A stretch of DNA of 64,000 bases from an uncultured Candidatus Saccharibacteria bacterium (GTDB taxonomy: Bacteria; Patescibacteriota; Minisyncoccia; Portnoybacterales; UBA2143), in assembly GCA_964594965.1 (NCBI GenBank), contig CAZQMX010000002.1, forward strand, positions 44,306 through 108,305, in the 5' to 3' direction. The notes under the pieces were generated by a model, which saw only the letters and a program-made list of their open reading frames with translations, did no database searches and was not told the DNA's origin. The stretch's first letter is position 1. The number at the start of each line of letters is the position of its first letter. Of this stretch, positions 1-9,346 are shown one piece after another. Position numbers and translations under genes: made by a program.

Positions 1-976
1 CTGTTCCGGCCGGCAGAAGCCCCTGTCGGTCAATCATTTTCAGTTCTTTGTTAGCCAATTCCAGAATCTCGCCTAATCTAGCCTCGATTATTCTAACTAC
101 TTCAGCCCGGGAAACAATTCCCTTTTCTTCTGAACCCAACCTGGATAAATCAACCATATCTTTCTTACCAATATCAGAAGATAGGGCTGTTCCATATTCC
201 AGTTTAACTTTTTCTGCCAGGTCAATGCTGCTTCTCAGACCGATAGCAATATCATTGGTAATATGGGAAGAGCCAACCGGCAAAACGCAACTATGGACAA
301 ATTCTCCTTCTTCAAAAACAGTTAGACCAGCTGTTCCGCCGCCTAAATCCAAGGCCAGGACTCCGAGTTCTTTCTGTCTCTTGTTCAAAGATGATCGGCT
401 GGCAGCCAAAGGCGCCAAAACCAATTCTTCTATTTCCAGGCCAACTTCTGAAACACACTTGGTCAGATTCTTAATATACGGAGCAGCTCCTTCAATAATT
501 AAGGTATCGGCTTCCAATCTGACTCCGTTCATGCCAACCGGGTCTTTAATTCTGTCCTGGTTGTCAACAAGAAAACTTTTTGGAATGACATGGATAATTT
601 CCCTGTTTTGAGAAACTGAAACAGCAGAAGCAGCGTTAATCACCCTTTCAACATCTTCTTTTGAAACTTCTGTGTCAGCCCGGGAAACAGCCACAACTCC
701 TTTACTTGACCGGGAAACAATATGGTTACCGCTGATTCCGACTATGACCCGGTCAATTGAAAGACCGCTGTTTCGTTCTGCTTCCTGAACCGACTGGCTA
801 ATATTTTTAACCGTTTCTTCAATATCAACAACAACTCCCCGACGAAGACCATAGGAAGGAACTTGTCCAATACCAATAATCTGGGGTTTGGTCCCGTCCG
901 GTTTCATTTTGGCTATGACAGTCCGAATAAAACAGGTGCCAACATCCAGACCAACAATGATGTTTTCTTTAGCCAC
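1..976 (-). CDS. ftsA: Cell division protein FtsA (3' part outside window)
   Basis: Not in ORF track. Read manually from GTG at 976: MAKENIIVGLDVGT..., with later KELGVLALDLGGGT actin-fold motif. Confidence 0.93.
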   Translation of the reverse strand, partial: MAKENIIVGLDVGTCFIRTVIAKMKPDGTKPQIIGIGQVPSYGLRRGVVVDIEETVKNISQSVQEAERNSGLSIDRVIVGISGNHIVSRSSKGVVAVSRADTEVSKEDVERVINAASAVSVSQNREIIHVIPKSFLVDNQDRIKDPVGMNGVRLEADTLIIEGAAPYIKNLTKCVSEVGLEIEELVLAPLAASRSSLNKRQKELGVLALDLGGGTAGLTVFEEGEFVHSCVLPVGSSHITNDIAIGLRSSIDLAEKVKLEYGTALSSDIGKKDMVDLSRLGSEEKGIVSRAEVVRIIEARLGEILELANKELKMIDRQGLLPAGT

Positions 977-983
977 AATAAAT

Positions 984-1084
984 AATTTTCAATTACCAAT
1001 TTTCAATTTTCAAACAATTTTCAATGATTTAATTTTCAATTAAATTGATTATTGATTGATTATTGGTTATTGAGAGTTGATAAT
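984..1084. repeat. Heptamer-repeat element, copy 1 (ybeY/ftsA junction)
   Basis: TTTCAAT/ATTGATT-type units; reverse complement closely matches 10381-10511. Confidence 0.75.
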
Positions 1085-1564
1085 TTTCATCAAAATCTCC
1101 TTCTCCATCTCCTCCATCTCTTTTGCCTCTTTATCTTCTTTTTCGTGTTCGTATCCTAACAAATGAAGTATACCATGGATTAGCAAAACGGTCAGTTCTT
1201 TTTTTAAAGAATGACCAAGGCGCCTGGCCTGTTTTTTTGCCTGAGGGTAACAGATAACAATCTCGCCTAATCTTTTAATCCCATCGGGCGGCTGGATAAA
1301 TTCTGTTTTTTCTCCTTTTTTTAATCGGGGAAAAGATTTGGACAGATAGGGAATAATGGACTTGTTATCAAAAGATAAGACATCAGTTACCCGATTCTTG
1401 CCCCGATAGATTTTATTTAATTTTCTCATTCGGCCATCACCAACAATTGCCAGGCTAATTTCTGTTTTATCCTTCAAATTAATCTTTTTTGAAACAACCC
1501 CAAATATTTTCTGAAAAAACTTTTCATCTATCTCATTTTGAGTAAAATTATGGATTTCCAACAT
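1067..1564 (-). CDS. ybeY: rRNA maturation endoribonuclease YbeY
   Basis: YRGKNRVTDVLSF and HGILHLLGYEH motifs. Confidence 0.95.
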   Translation of the reverse strand: MLEIHNFTQNEIDEKFFQKIFGVVSKKINLKDKTEISLAIVGDGRMRKLNKIYRGKNRVTDVLSFDNKSIIPYLSKSFPRLKKGEKTEFIQPPDGIKRLGEIVICYPQAKKQARRLGHSLKKELTVLLIHGILHLLGYEHEKEDKEAKEMEEMEKEILMKIINSQ

Positions 1565-2088
1565 TATTCCTTTTTCAATTCCTCCTGAACAATTTTGCTA
1601 ATAACGCCTCCTTCGGCTTTGCCTTTGAGTTCGGACATAACCGCTCCCATAACTTTGCCGGTTTCCTGTGGGCCGCTTGCCCCTAATTCTTCTATCTTTC
1701 CCTTTACTATTTTCCTAATTTCTTCTTCCGGCATTTGTTCCGGCATGTATTCCGTTAAAATGCCGAGTTCTTCTTTTTCCTGTTTGACTAAATCATCTCG
1801 ATTGCCTTTCTGATATTGTTCGATTGAATCCTTTCTTTTTTTAACTTCACTTGAAATTACTTCTAAAATTTCTTCGTCATTTAATTGGCTTAATTCTTCC
1901 AGTTTTTTCCCTCGACTTCGCTCGGGATCCCGACCTTGCGTCGGGACCTCTTTAGCTAATTTAGCCCTTTTGTCTTTTTCTTTGTTCTGAATCGCGGCCA
2001 TGAGCATTTTCAAAACAGAAACCTCAGTGTTTCTTTTAGTCGTCATTGCGCTTTTAATGTCTGTTTTAATCTTCTCTTTGAGAGACAT
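1564..2088 (-). CDS. GatB/YqeY domain protein, carrying a 13-aa palindromic insert
   Basis: KKRKDSIEQY..GNRDDL and GKVMGAVM..LKGKAEG motifs. Confidence 0.92.
   Translation of the reverse strand: MSLKEKIKTDIKSAMTTKRNTEVSVLKMLMAAIQNKEKDKRAKLAKEVPTQGRDPERSRGKKLEELSQLNDEEILEVISSEVKKRKDSIEQYQKGNRDDLVKQEKEELGILTEYMPEQMPEEEIRKIVKGKIEELGASGPQETGKVMGAVMSELKGKAEGGVISKIVQEELKKE
1909..1947 (-). mobile_element. In-frame palindromic insert (VPTQGRDPERSRG)
   Basis: TCCCGAC-N5-GTCGGGA hairpin plus CCCGAGCGAAGTCGAGGG; near-identical copy in tatD. Confidence 0.85.
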
Positions 2089-2095
2089 TCTTTTT

Positions 2096-2158
2096 TGGAA
2101 TTACGAATCAGGAATTAAGCATAAAATTCATAATTCATAATTCTTTATTCCTTATTCC
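2096..2158. repeat. Heptamer-repeat tract (GGAATTA / TAATTCA type)
   Basis: Imperfect 7-nt tandem units in two opposed blocks between rpsU and yqeY. Confidence 0.6.
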
Positions 2159-2162
2159 ATTA

Positions 2163-2405
2163 CTATCTTCTTTTCCATCTGGGTTCTTCTTCTAAAAGAC
2201 CCATTTTTCTTAATTTTTCTTTTTCTTTGGAGATCTTATTTCTTCTTAGAGCGCCCTCCCTTCTTTCACGTTTACTCTTTGTTTTTTCCAGAAATCTGGC
2301 TTTGCGGGCACGAATTAAAACACCGCTTTGCTGAATTCTTCGGGTAAAGCGCCTTAACAGACTGCGAGTTGTCTCGCCTTCTTTTTTCTTTACTTCTATG
2401 GTCAT
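2163..2405 (-). CDS. rpsU: 30S ribosomal protein S21
   Basis: IEVKKKEGET..SLLRRF.R motif, basic; AGGAGG SD before ATG at 2405. Confidence 0.85.
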   Translation of the reverse strand: MTIEVKKKEGETTRSLLRRFTRRIQQSGVLIRARKARFLEKTKSKRERREGALRRNKISKEKEKLRKMGLLEEEPRWKRR

Positions 2406-2422
2406 AAAAGAAATCACCTCCT

Positions 2423-3163
2423 TTAAAAATTGATGTCATCTCTTGGTTTGGATTTTTTAATTATTTCCAATGCCTCTTCGGCTGAATCGACAATGCGATA
2501 AAAATCCATGTCCTTTTTATCAATAAATTTGTTTTTTCCGTAACTGATTTTCTCAATCCATTCAGTAACCGGTCCCCAGAATTCTTTGCCAACGCAGACA
2601 ATTGGAATATATTGGGGAATCTTTTCTGTCTGAATTAAAGTTAAAATCTCAAAAAACTCATCCAGAGTTCCGTAGCCGCCCGGGAAAAAAACATAGGCCT
2701 GAGCTGAATAAGAAAGCATGACTTTGCGGGTGAAGAAATAGTGGAAGCCCATGGCTTTTTTAATGAATTGATTCATTCGCTGGGCATATTTTAATTGGAT
2801 ATCCAATCCAACCGATTCTCCATCAGCATTATATGCCCCCTTATTAGCTCCTTCCATTATTCCCGGCCCACCGCCGGTAAAAACAGCGAATCCTTCTTTT
2901 GAAAGCATTCCAGCCAGCTTTTCGGCTTCCTTGTAACGGGGATCATCAGGAGAAACCCGGGCAGAACCAAAAAAAGTGACTGATTTGCCAAAATTACTTA
3001 GGAACTCAAATCCATCAACAAATTCGGCCATAATTCGAAATATTCTCCACTGGGCCGATTCCTTAAAATCATTTTTTTCCTTGATTTTTTCTTCCTTGGC
3101 TATCTGGGGTAATTTTGAAGCCGGAACCAATATTTTTTTTCTAATTTTTTCGTCTCCATTCAT
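2423..3163 (-). CDS. LOG family Rossmann-fold protein (TIGR00730-like)
   Basis: FGSAR, TGGGPGIM and FPGGYGTLDE motifs. Confidence 0.92.
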   Translation of the reverse strand: MNGDEKIRKKILVPASKLPQIAKEEKIKEKNDFKESAQWRIFRIMAEFVDGFEFLSNFGKSVTFFGSARVSPDDPRYKEAEKLAGMLSKEGFAVFTGGGPGIMEGANKGAYNADGESVGLDIQLKYAQRMNQFIKKAMGFHYFFTRKVMLSYSAQAYVFFPGGYGTLDEFFEILTLIQTEKIPQYIPIVCVGKEFWGPVTEWIEKISYGKNKFIDKKDMDFYRIVDSAEEALEIIKKSKPRDDINF

Positions 3164-3290
3164 ATTTGAATAATTTAATTATCTATCCTATCCTACTATT
3201 TTTTAAATTTTTTGTCAAAAGCGTCTTGTGAAAAGAAAAGCCCTTTTCTAAGGGACATTAAACCAACTATTAATTTATGAGGTAATAGGG

Positions 3291-3785
3291 TTAAATATAT
3301 TTATCGGCGATGTTGGAAGCGGCGTATGATTCAGGCTTGATTTTGGCATTAAAGCCATTACCTCTAACCATACCAACAACCTCTTTAATCATTTCACGAG
3401 TTGGTCCATTTTGACCAACATCAATATGAATCTGAAAATCGTAACTCGGTTGATTGGATTTAACAGCTGATTCTAGTTGTCCTAGAATGTCCTGAGCGGT
3501 TTTAAGAGAAAGAGTAACTTCCTGATAAATTCTATCTCTCAAGGTATGATATGTCTTTCCCCCATTGGTTTTTTTCCAAAAATATCTACCACCACGACCA
3601 ACCCGACAGACAATAATGGCCGTAACGAAATCGGCTTTTTCACAACCATTAGAATCAGTCCCGACGATTAGTCGATACTTGTTTTCTGAATCTTCTTTGA
3701 TGTAATCCGAAATTTCCCGGGCAACTCTAATCAGTTCCATTTTTCCTTTTGTCGGGCTTCGGAATATCTCTTTTTTGCTTTTCAT
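3291..3785 (-). CDS. RNase H-like YkuK family protein
   Basis: LIVGTDS, GRGGRYF, IHIDVG and IKPESYAASNIADK motifs; start taken at ATG 3785. Confidence 0.85.
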   Translation of the reverse strand: MKSKKEIFRSPTKGKMELIRVAREISDYIKEDSENKYRLIVGTDSNGCEKADFVTAIIVCRVGRGGRYFWKKTNGGKTYHTLRDRIYQEVTLSLKTAQDILGQLESAVKSNQPSYDFQIHIDVGQNGPTREMIKEVVGMVRGNGFNAKIKPESYAASNIADKYI

Positions 3786-3921
3786 TGTCCTTATTGTAAA
3801 ACTTTTGATAGATTTTGTCAATTTCTTCTTTTTGCTTCTTGATATCTAAAAACTCCCGCCGAATGCGAGACTTTTCAAATCGAATATATTTACGAATGCT
3901 TTTGGGTAATTTTCTTTCCAT
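3727..3921 (-). CDS. Small basic hypothetical protein
   Basis: ATG-start ORF co-oriented with and abutting the upstream permease; overlaps the ykuK start. Confidence 0.5.
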   Translation of the reverse strand: MERKLPKSIRKYIRFEKSRIRREFLDIKKQKEEIDKIYQKFYNKDNEKQKRDIPKPDKRKNGTD

Positions 3922-3923
3922 GT

Positions 3924-5063
3924 CTAAGTGGTAAAATAGTAAACCTCGTAAACCGCGCCAAGGATGAAGAAGAGGATTAGGGAATAAATTAAAAGACGGG
4001 GAAGATTAAGAGAATAGGCCGGTTTGATATCTCCTTTTTTCTTGGCTTGCAGATAAATCAGAATCATTAAAGTAATATCAATACCTAAAAATACTCCGCC
4101 GGCCAGGCTAATAATGGTAATGAAATTATTAAATCCGAGGAGGAAGAATATTAGGGGAACAAAGCAGGCCAATGCCCAGGAAAGATTCTTCTTTATCCCA
4201 ATATCATACCAGAGGATTTTTTTAAGAGTTAAGCCAATTGTTAAATACGAGGTAAAAACAGTTAAGAAGCCGAAGATAAGGGCCAGATTAACAATACCAT
4301 CGCCCAATATATTTTTCAGGCCGGTAATGGCATCATTGGTTGTATTCTGACCGGTAATGCCGGTGATAATGACAATGAAGAAAAGATAAGTCAGGGCTGA
4401 AATCAAAATTGACCAAAAGATTACTTTTTTTAAATCTTTAGGATTATCTTTGAGCATTTCTCTGATTTCCGGAATCAAAGAACTACCAAAAAGAGAAAAA
4501 AGAATTGCTCCGTAGGGAAGGAATAGATAGGTTGGATTAAAATTAAATAGGTTTGGTGTTTCAATTAAAGAAAAACCTCTTTGGAAAATAAAGAGCAGGA
4601 CAACAAAAAACAAAATTAAAAGAATTGATTCAACCCGGGCAATGCTTTTAATGCCGAAATAGATTAGGAGGGAACCGATTAAAAACAGAGCTAAAACATA
4701 GAAAAGAAGGCTTTGGCCAAAAAAAGGATTAAAAAGAGAAAAAAGAAATCCTCCGCCAACAACCAGATAAGCCAGGAGGGCGCCGCCCAATCCCAAACTA
4801 TTACTCAAGAAAGAAAGTCCCTTGGCCCATTTGCCCAAATATTTTTCAGCGTAACCGGGTAGACGATGAAGGCCTTTTGTCCTTAAAACAATTTCCCCAT
4901 AAACAAAATTTGTTAAAACGGCAATTGCTCCGATAATGATGAAATAGAGGAGCATTGTCCAGATACCGACTTTTGAAGTAATGTAGGGCAAACTAAAAAG
5001 TCCGACACCAATAATGGTCCCGGTTAAAGTTGCTAAAGCTTTGAAGAAATTTTTGTCTCTCAT
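3924..5063 (-). CDS. Amino acid permease (aromatic amino acid transporter-like)
   Basis: GTIIGVGLFSLPY N-terminal motif; about 11 hydrophobic segments. Confidence 0.85.
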   Translation of the reverse strand: MRDKNFFKALATLTGTIIGVGLFSLPYITSKVGIWTMLLYFIIIGAIAVLTNFVYGEIVLRTKGLHRLPGYAEKYLGKWAKGLSFLSNSLGLGGALLAYLVVGGGFLFSLFNPFFGQSLLFYVLALFLIGSLLIYFGIKSIARVESILLILFFVVLLFIFQRGFSLIETPNLFNFNPTYLFLPYGAILFSLFGSSLIPEIREMLKDNPKDLKKVIFWSILISALTYLFFIVIITGITGQNTTNDAITGLKNILGDGIVNLALIFGFLTVFTSYLTIGLTLKKILWYDIGIKKNLSWALACFVPLIFFLLGFNNFITIISLAGGVFLGIDITLMILIYLQAKKKGDIKPAYSLNLPRLLIYSLILFFILGAVYEVYYFTT

Positions 5064-5226
5064 AAGACCTCTTTCAAGATAATTTTTCGTTACGAAGATT
5101 AAAGATTTTGAGCGAAAATTGTGAAAAGGGAGGAGCTTATACTAGTGTATAGGCGACGAGGTTTGAACAATTTGCAGCCAAAATATTTAATCTGGAGTAG
5201 AAAGGATTGTTTTGGAAGGGGTCTAA
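5063..5226. mobile_element. ~160 bp MITE-like palindromic element with TAA flanks
   Basis: Imperfect terminal IR AGACCTCTTTCAAGATAAT / ATTGTTTTGGAAGGGGTCT, TAA on both sides. Confidence 0.65.
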
Positions 5227-5227
5227 T

Positions 5228-5455
5228 CTAGTAGGCAGGGAGATATCCTCGATTACCCAGCCAGCTTATTAAATAGACAGAAATTATTCCCCAGATAATA
5301 GAGAGGGCCAGGATAATCCCGCCCTGTTTTTTTAAATCCTCTTCTGTTAGAAAAGCAACAGCCAAAACTATCCCTGAAATAGGACTGATTAAAGTAATGG
5401 CAATTGCCAGCCAAAACCATTTCTTTTTTGAACTAAGAGTAATTTTTTCTTCCAT
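5228..5455 (-). CDS. Small membrane protein
   Basis: Two hydrophobic segments; coupled to the HIT gene. Confidence 0.7.
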   Translation of the reverse strand: MEEKITLSSKKKWFWLAIAITLISPISGIVLAVAFLTEEDLKKQGGIILALSIIWGIISVYLISWLGNRGYLPAY

Positions 5456-5793
5456 TAAAATTCCTTTATTAATCCTCCGCCTAATAAATGAAGGTGGAGA
5501 TGAAAAACTGTCTGACCGCCTCCTTTTTCAACGCAGAAAATTAAGCGATAGCCCTTTTTATCAATATTCTGCTTTCTAGCTAAATCTCTGGCTAAAAAAA
5601 TCATATCATTAATCAAGGGTTTATCTTCTTTTTCTAAATCATTGATTGACCTAATATGTTTTTTCGGGACAATTAAAAGATGAACTGGCGCTTTTGGATT
5701 AATATCCTTAAAGACGATTACCTGGTCGTTTTCAAAAACAATATCGGCTTTTTGCTTATGCTCAGCAATCTGGCAAAAAATACAATCCTTCAT
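5455..5793 (-). CDS. Histidine triad (HIT) nucleotide-binding protein
   Basis: DCIFC and HLHLHLLGG motifs. Confidence 0.95.
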   Translation of the reverse strand: MKDCIFCQIAEHKQKADIVFENDQVIVFKDINPKAPVHLLIVPKKHIRSINDLEKEDKPLINDMIFLARDLARKQNIDKKGYRLIFCVEKGGGQTVFHLHLHLLGGGLIKEF

Positions 5794-7127
5794 TACTTCT
5801 TAACTCTCTTTTTAATTTCTTTAACAACTTTTTCCAAAGGAACGGTTTCCTGGCTGCCGGAAGCCATATCCCGGATAATGATAGTTTCATCCAGGGCTTC
5901 TTTCTGCCCCAGAATCAGGGCAAAACGAGCATTCATCTTGTCGGCAATTTTCAACTGACTATTGATTGTATTTTTACTGAACGAACTTGATGTTTCTATG
6001 CCGGCCTGTCTTAGTTCTTCAAATAGTTTTAAGGATTTCTTCTTGCCTAATTCACCTAATTGAATCAGAAAAACCAGGGATGAATTCCTTAAAGGGACTT
6101 TAACATCCTTCTCCATCATCAGATTAACTATCCTGTCCAATCCCATAGCAAAACCAACTCCGGGCGTATCTTTGCCGCCGAGGAGTCTAACTAATCCGTC
6201 ATAGCGGCCGCCGCCGCCCAAAGCAGACTGCCTGCCCGCCGAATTGGCGGGTCGGCCATCCCCTTCTTCCGGCCAGATCTCAAAAACGGTTTTAGTGTAA
6301 TAATCCAGTCCCCGGACCAGATTAGAATTGAGGATATAGGGAACTTCAACTTCATCAAGATATTCAAGAACATTCTTAAAATGGTTATGACATTCTGGAC
6401 AAAGATTATCAATTGTCTGAGGAGCTTCTCCGGCTATCAAAACACATTTTTCATTCTTGCAATCCAACAATCTTAAAGGATTTTGTGAAAGTCGTTTCTG
6501 ACAATTAGAACAAATTTCTTTTTTTCTCCTCCGGTAGAAATTAACCAGTTTCTTTCGGTAGGCCGGTCGGCATTGGCGACAGCCAATGCTATTAATCTGG
6601 GTAATGACATTTTTAAGACCAACTCCTTTAATAACGGAGAAGAATAATTGGATTAATTGGGCATCCAGAACCGGATCTTTTTCACCAAAGATTTCAAAAT
6701 TAGCCTGTTCATGCTGTCGGTAACGGCCTTTTTGAGATCTTTCATAGCGAAAAACCGGTCCGGTGCTATAGAGTTTAATTGGGTGTGGCAAAGAAGAAAG
6801 ACCGTTTTGAAGATAGGCCCTGATAACGGCCGGGGTAAATTCCGGACGAAGGACTAATTTGTCTCCCCCTTTTGTTCTAAGGGTATACATTTCCTTTTGG
6901 ACAATATCAGTTGTCGCGCCAGTTCCCCTAATAAACAGATCAACATCTTCTATTATTGGAGTATCAATTTGTTCAAAGCCATAAGTCTTGGCTGTCTTAG
7001 AGATTACTTGCCTGGCTTTTTCCCAATAGGCCTGTTCTTGAGGCAGAATATCTCTTGTCCCCTTTGGCGCTTGAAAGGTTCTTTTTCTTTTCGGAGTTGT
7101 TGTTTTTTTCTTGCTTTTTGTTGGCAT
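5793..7127 (-). CDS. hisS: Histidine--tRNA ligase
   Basis: KGTRD, LRPEFT, LVRGLDYY and GGGRYDGL motifs. Confidence 0.97.
   Translation of the reverse strand: MPTKSKKKTTTPKRKRTFQAPKGTRDILPQEQAYWEKARQVISKTAKTYGFEQIDTPIIEDVDLFIRGTGATTDIVQKEMYTLRTKGGDKLVLRPEFTPAVIRAYLQNGLSSLPHPIKLYSTGPVFRYERSQKGRYRQHEQANFEIFGEKDPVLDAQLIQLFFSVIKGVGLKNVITQINSIGCRQCRPAYRKKLVNFYRRRKKEICSNCQKRLSQNPLRLLDCKNEKCVLIAGEAPQTIDNLCPECHNHFKNVLEYLDEVEVPYILNSNLVRGLDYYTKTVFEIWPEEGDGRPANSAGRQSALGGGGRYDGLVRLLGGKDTPGVGFAMGLDRIVNLMMEKDVKVPLRNSSLVFLIQLGELGKKKSLKLFEELRQAGIETSSSFSKNTINSQLKIADKMNARFALILGQKEALDETIIIRDMASGSQETVPLEKVVKEIKKRVKK
6231..6251 (-). mobile_element. In-frame 21 bp hairpin insert in hisS (PANSAGR)
   Basis: CCCGCC-AATTC-GGCGGG-CAGG; same GCGGGCAGG end as the argS insert. 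Confidence 0.65.
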
Positions 7128-7129
7128 GA

Positions 7130-7648
7130 TTAAAAAACCTCTGCTTGATTAAAAGGCCAGGCTCTTATCCAGACCTGACCAACAATATTATCTTCTGGTA
7201 AAGCTCCCCATCGTCTTGAATCAGAACTAGCTTTCCGGTTATCGCCCAAAACAAAATATTCTTGATTGCCTAATTCTATCCTGGTCTCTCCTTGGGTGGT
7301 CATTTCTTCAGAAAGATAACCTGTTTCATCAAGTTGAAGATTATTAACAAAAACCCGACCACCTTTAATCTCTATTATCTCGCCGGGAAGACCGACAATT
7401 CTTTTAATATAATACTGGGAAGGGTCAAGGGGATATTTAAAAACAACAACATCCCCGCGCTGGGGATTATCAAAGCGATAGCCAATTTCATTAATAACCA
7501 GATATTGACCATTATCAAAATTGGGCTCCATTGAAGCCCCACGAACGAAAAACGGCTGAATTAAGTAATAGCGGACCGGGATAATGATAGCCAGGGAAAT
7601 AACGACTATTTTAACTATTTCCCAGATAAAAGTCAGTAATTTTTTCAT
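7130..7648 (-). CDS. lepB: Signal peptidase I
   Basis: GASMEP, YIKRIVGLPGE and GDNR..SSDSR motifs. Confidence 0.96.
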   Translation of the reverse strand: MKKLLTFIWEIVKIVVISLAIIIPVRYYLIQPFFVRGASMEPNFDNGQYLVINEIGYRFDNPQRGDVVVFKYPLDPSQYYIKRIVGLPGEIIEIKGGRVFVNNLQLDETGYLSEEMTTQGETRIELGNQEYFVLGDNRKASSDSRRWGALPEDNIVGQVWIRAWPFNQAEVF

Positions 7649-7655
7649 TGCTTTT

Positions 7656-7722
7656 TTGTCATTCTGAGCGAAGCGAAGAATCTGTTTAACAGATCCTTCG
7701 GGCTTTGCCCTCAGGATGACAA
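7656..7722. repeat. REP-like palindrome (GTCATTCTGAG...CTCAGGATGAC)
   Basis: Terminal IR plus internal hairpins; second copy at 28472-28534. Confidence 0.8.
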
Positions 7723-7784
7723 CTCTGTTGTCAATTCTAAACTATTTCTTGTTGAAAATCAACCACTCTGATATACTTTGAAGA

Positions 7785-8780
7785 ATGACAGGAAAAAAGA
7801 AAAAAAGAATTGTTTCCTGGGTTGTATTCTTTACATTTTTCTTGTTTCTTTTTTTTCTCTATCAGATAATGCCTTCTTCTTCTTTTGAAGTCCAGTCGGG
7901 TCAGGAATTATCAGAAGAGAGAAAAATTGTTTTCAAATCCCTTCCTATAATTTCAAAAGAGGGGGATCTCAAAAAAAACATTTTAATTCTTGGTCGGCCA
8001 GGTCCGGGCTATTCCGGCAGTAACCTAACCGATACCATTATTCTGGCCCGTATTGACCAAAGCGATTCATCCAAAAAAGCAACTTTGATTTCTTTACCAA
8101 GGGATTTACTTGTTAAAGTTCCTGAAAAAGGAAATCTGACTAAAATCAATTCTCTCTACACTCTTTCCGGCATAGAGGGCCTAAAAGAGAAAATTAAAGA
8201 AATTACTGGTCTTTCAGTTAATAATCATCTCATTATTGACCTGGTTGTTTTCAAGGAAATCATTGATTTAATTGATGGTCTTAATGTCTATGTTGCTCAG
8301 GATATCCATGACCCGTATTTTCCCGGGCCAAATCACACTTACCAGACATTTAACTTAGCCGCCGGCTGGCGCTATCTTGATGGAGAGAATGCCTTGAAAT
8401 ATGCCCGGACCCGCTATACTTCGCCTAACGGCGACTTTGACCGAATGGCTCGTCAGCAACAGATTATCCAGCTTCTAAAACAAAAAGTTCTGGCCCTTAA
8501 TCCCTTATGGGACTTTCCAACCTATTTGAAAATATTTAATTCCCTTAATGAACGAATTGAAACTGACCTCTCTATTTTAGAAATGCGTCTTTTTTATCAG
8601 ATTGCCAAAGAGATTGGGGCTGATAGAATAAGGAGTGTTGTTGTCGATAAAAAGGAAACCGGACTTTTGACCGGCGGCGGAGTCATGTTTGGAGAGCAAA
8701 TGGCCTCGGTTGTCTATCCTGTTATTGGACAAGGGAATTACCGGGAAATACAAGGATATATTAAGGAAAGTATTAAATGA
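7785..8780 (+). CDS. LCP (LytR/CpsA/Psr) family protein
   Basis: TDTIIL, ISLPRD, KINS, YARTR and DFDRMARQQ motifs; N-terminal TM. Confidence 0.93.
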   Translation: MTGKKKKRIVSWVVFFTFFLFLFFLYQIMPSSSFEVQSGQELSEERKIVFKSLPIISKEGDLKKNILILGRPGPGYSGSNLTDTIILARIDQSDSSKKATLISLPRDLLVKVPEKGNLTKINSLYTLSGIEGLKEKIKEITGLSVNNHLIIDLVVFKEIIDLIDGLNVYVAQDIHDPYFPGPNHTYQTFNLAAGWRYLDGENALKYARTRYTSPNGDFDRMARQQQIIQLLKQKVLALNPLWDFPTYLKIFNSLNERIETDLSILEMRLFYQIAKEIGADRIRSVVVDKKETGLLTGGGVMFGEQMASVVYPVIGQGNYREIQGYIKESIK

Positions 8781-9346
8781 TGAAATTAATTGTTGGCTTG
8801 GGCAATCCTGGAGAGAAATATGAAAAGACCCGTCATAATTTGGGTTGGCGGGTAATTGATTTTTTAGTTGAAGAAATGGGAATTAATCAATTAAAGGAAG
8901 ATAAAAAATTTAAATCCCTGATTGGTAAAAAGAATAATATCATTTTGTCCAAACCACTGACCTTTATGAATAACTCTGGTCAAAGCGTTAAGGCCGTTGC
9001 TGACTATTTTAAAATTCTTAATCAGGATATTTTAATTATCCATGATGATATTGATTTGGATTTAGGCGAGACAAGGATACAGGAAGGCAGAGGCGCTGCC
9101 GGACATAAGGGAGTTGAATCAATTATTGAACACTTAGGAACAAAAGATTTTAAGAGAATTAGAATTGGCGTTAAACCGGCAGAAGAGAATATTGATACCC
9201 CGAAAGGGAATAAATTCCCAACGGGGCAGGCAGAAAAGTTTGTTCTAGAAAACTTTACTAACCAGGAAGAAAAGATTATTGGAGAAATAATTAAAAAGGC
9301 CGCCCAAATAATTAGGACGACTTTTAAACTACCTAGTCTTCACTAG
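8777..9346 (+). CDS. pth: Peptidyl-tRNA hydrolase
   Basis: GLGNPG..Y..TRHN, KPLTFMNNSG, HDDIDL and GHKG motifs. Confidence 0.96.
   Translation: MMKLIVGLGNPGEKYEKTRHNLGWRVIDFLVEEMGINQLKEDKKFKSLIGKKNNIILSKPLTFMNNSGQSVKAVADYFKILNQDILIIHDDIDLDLGETRIQEGRGAAGHKGVESIIEHLGTKDFKRIRIGVKPAEENIDTPKGNKFPTGQAEKFVLENFTNQEEKIIGEIIKKAAQIIRTTFKLPSLH
9198..9230 (+). mobile_element. In-frame 33 bp hairpin insert in pth (TPKGNKFPTGQ)
   Basis: CCCCG..GGGAA-TAAA-TTCCC..CGGGG-CAGG; related ends at intergenic 60684-60721. Confidence 0.65.

Noticed and set aside
1-30. GC-rich CCGGCCGG near the window start, resembling the hairpin inserts
   Set aside because: It encodes the normal FtsA GLLPAG segment; no extra residues are evident.
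48-611. 187-aa plus-strand ORF and the many other short antisense ORFs in the track
   Set aside because: Shadows of well-supported genes on the opposite strand (here ftsA), with no motifs or start signals.
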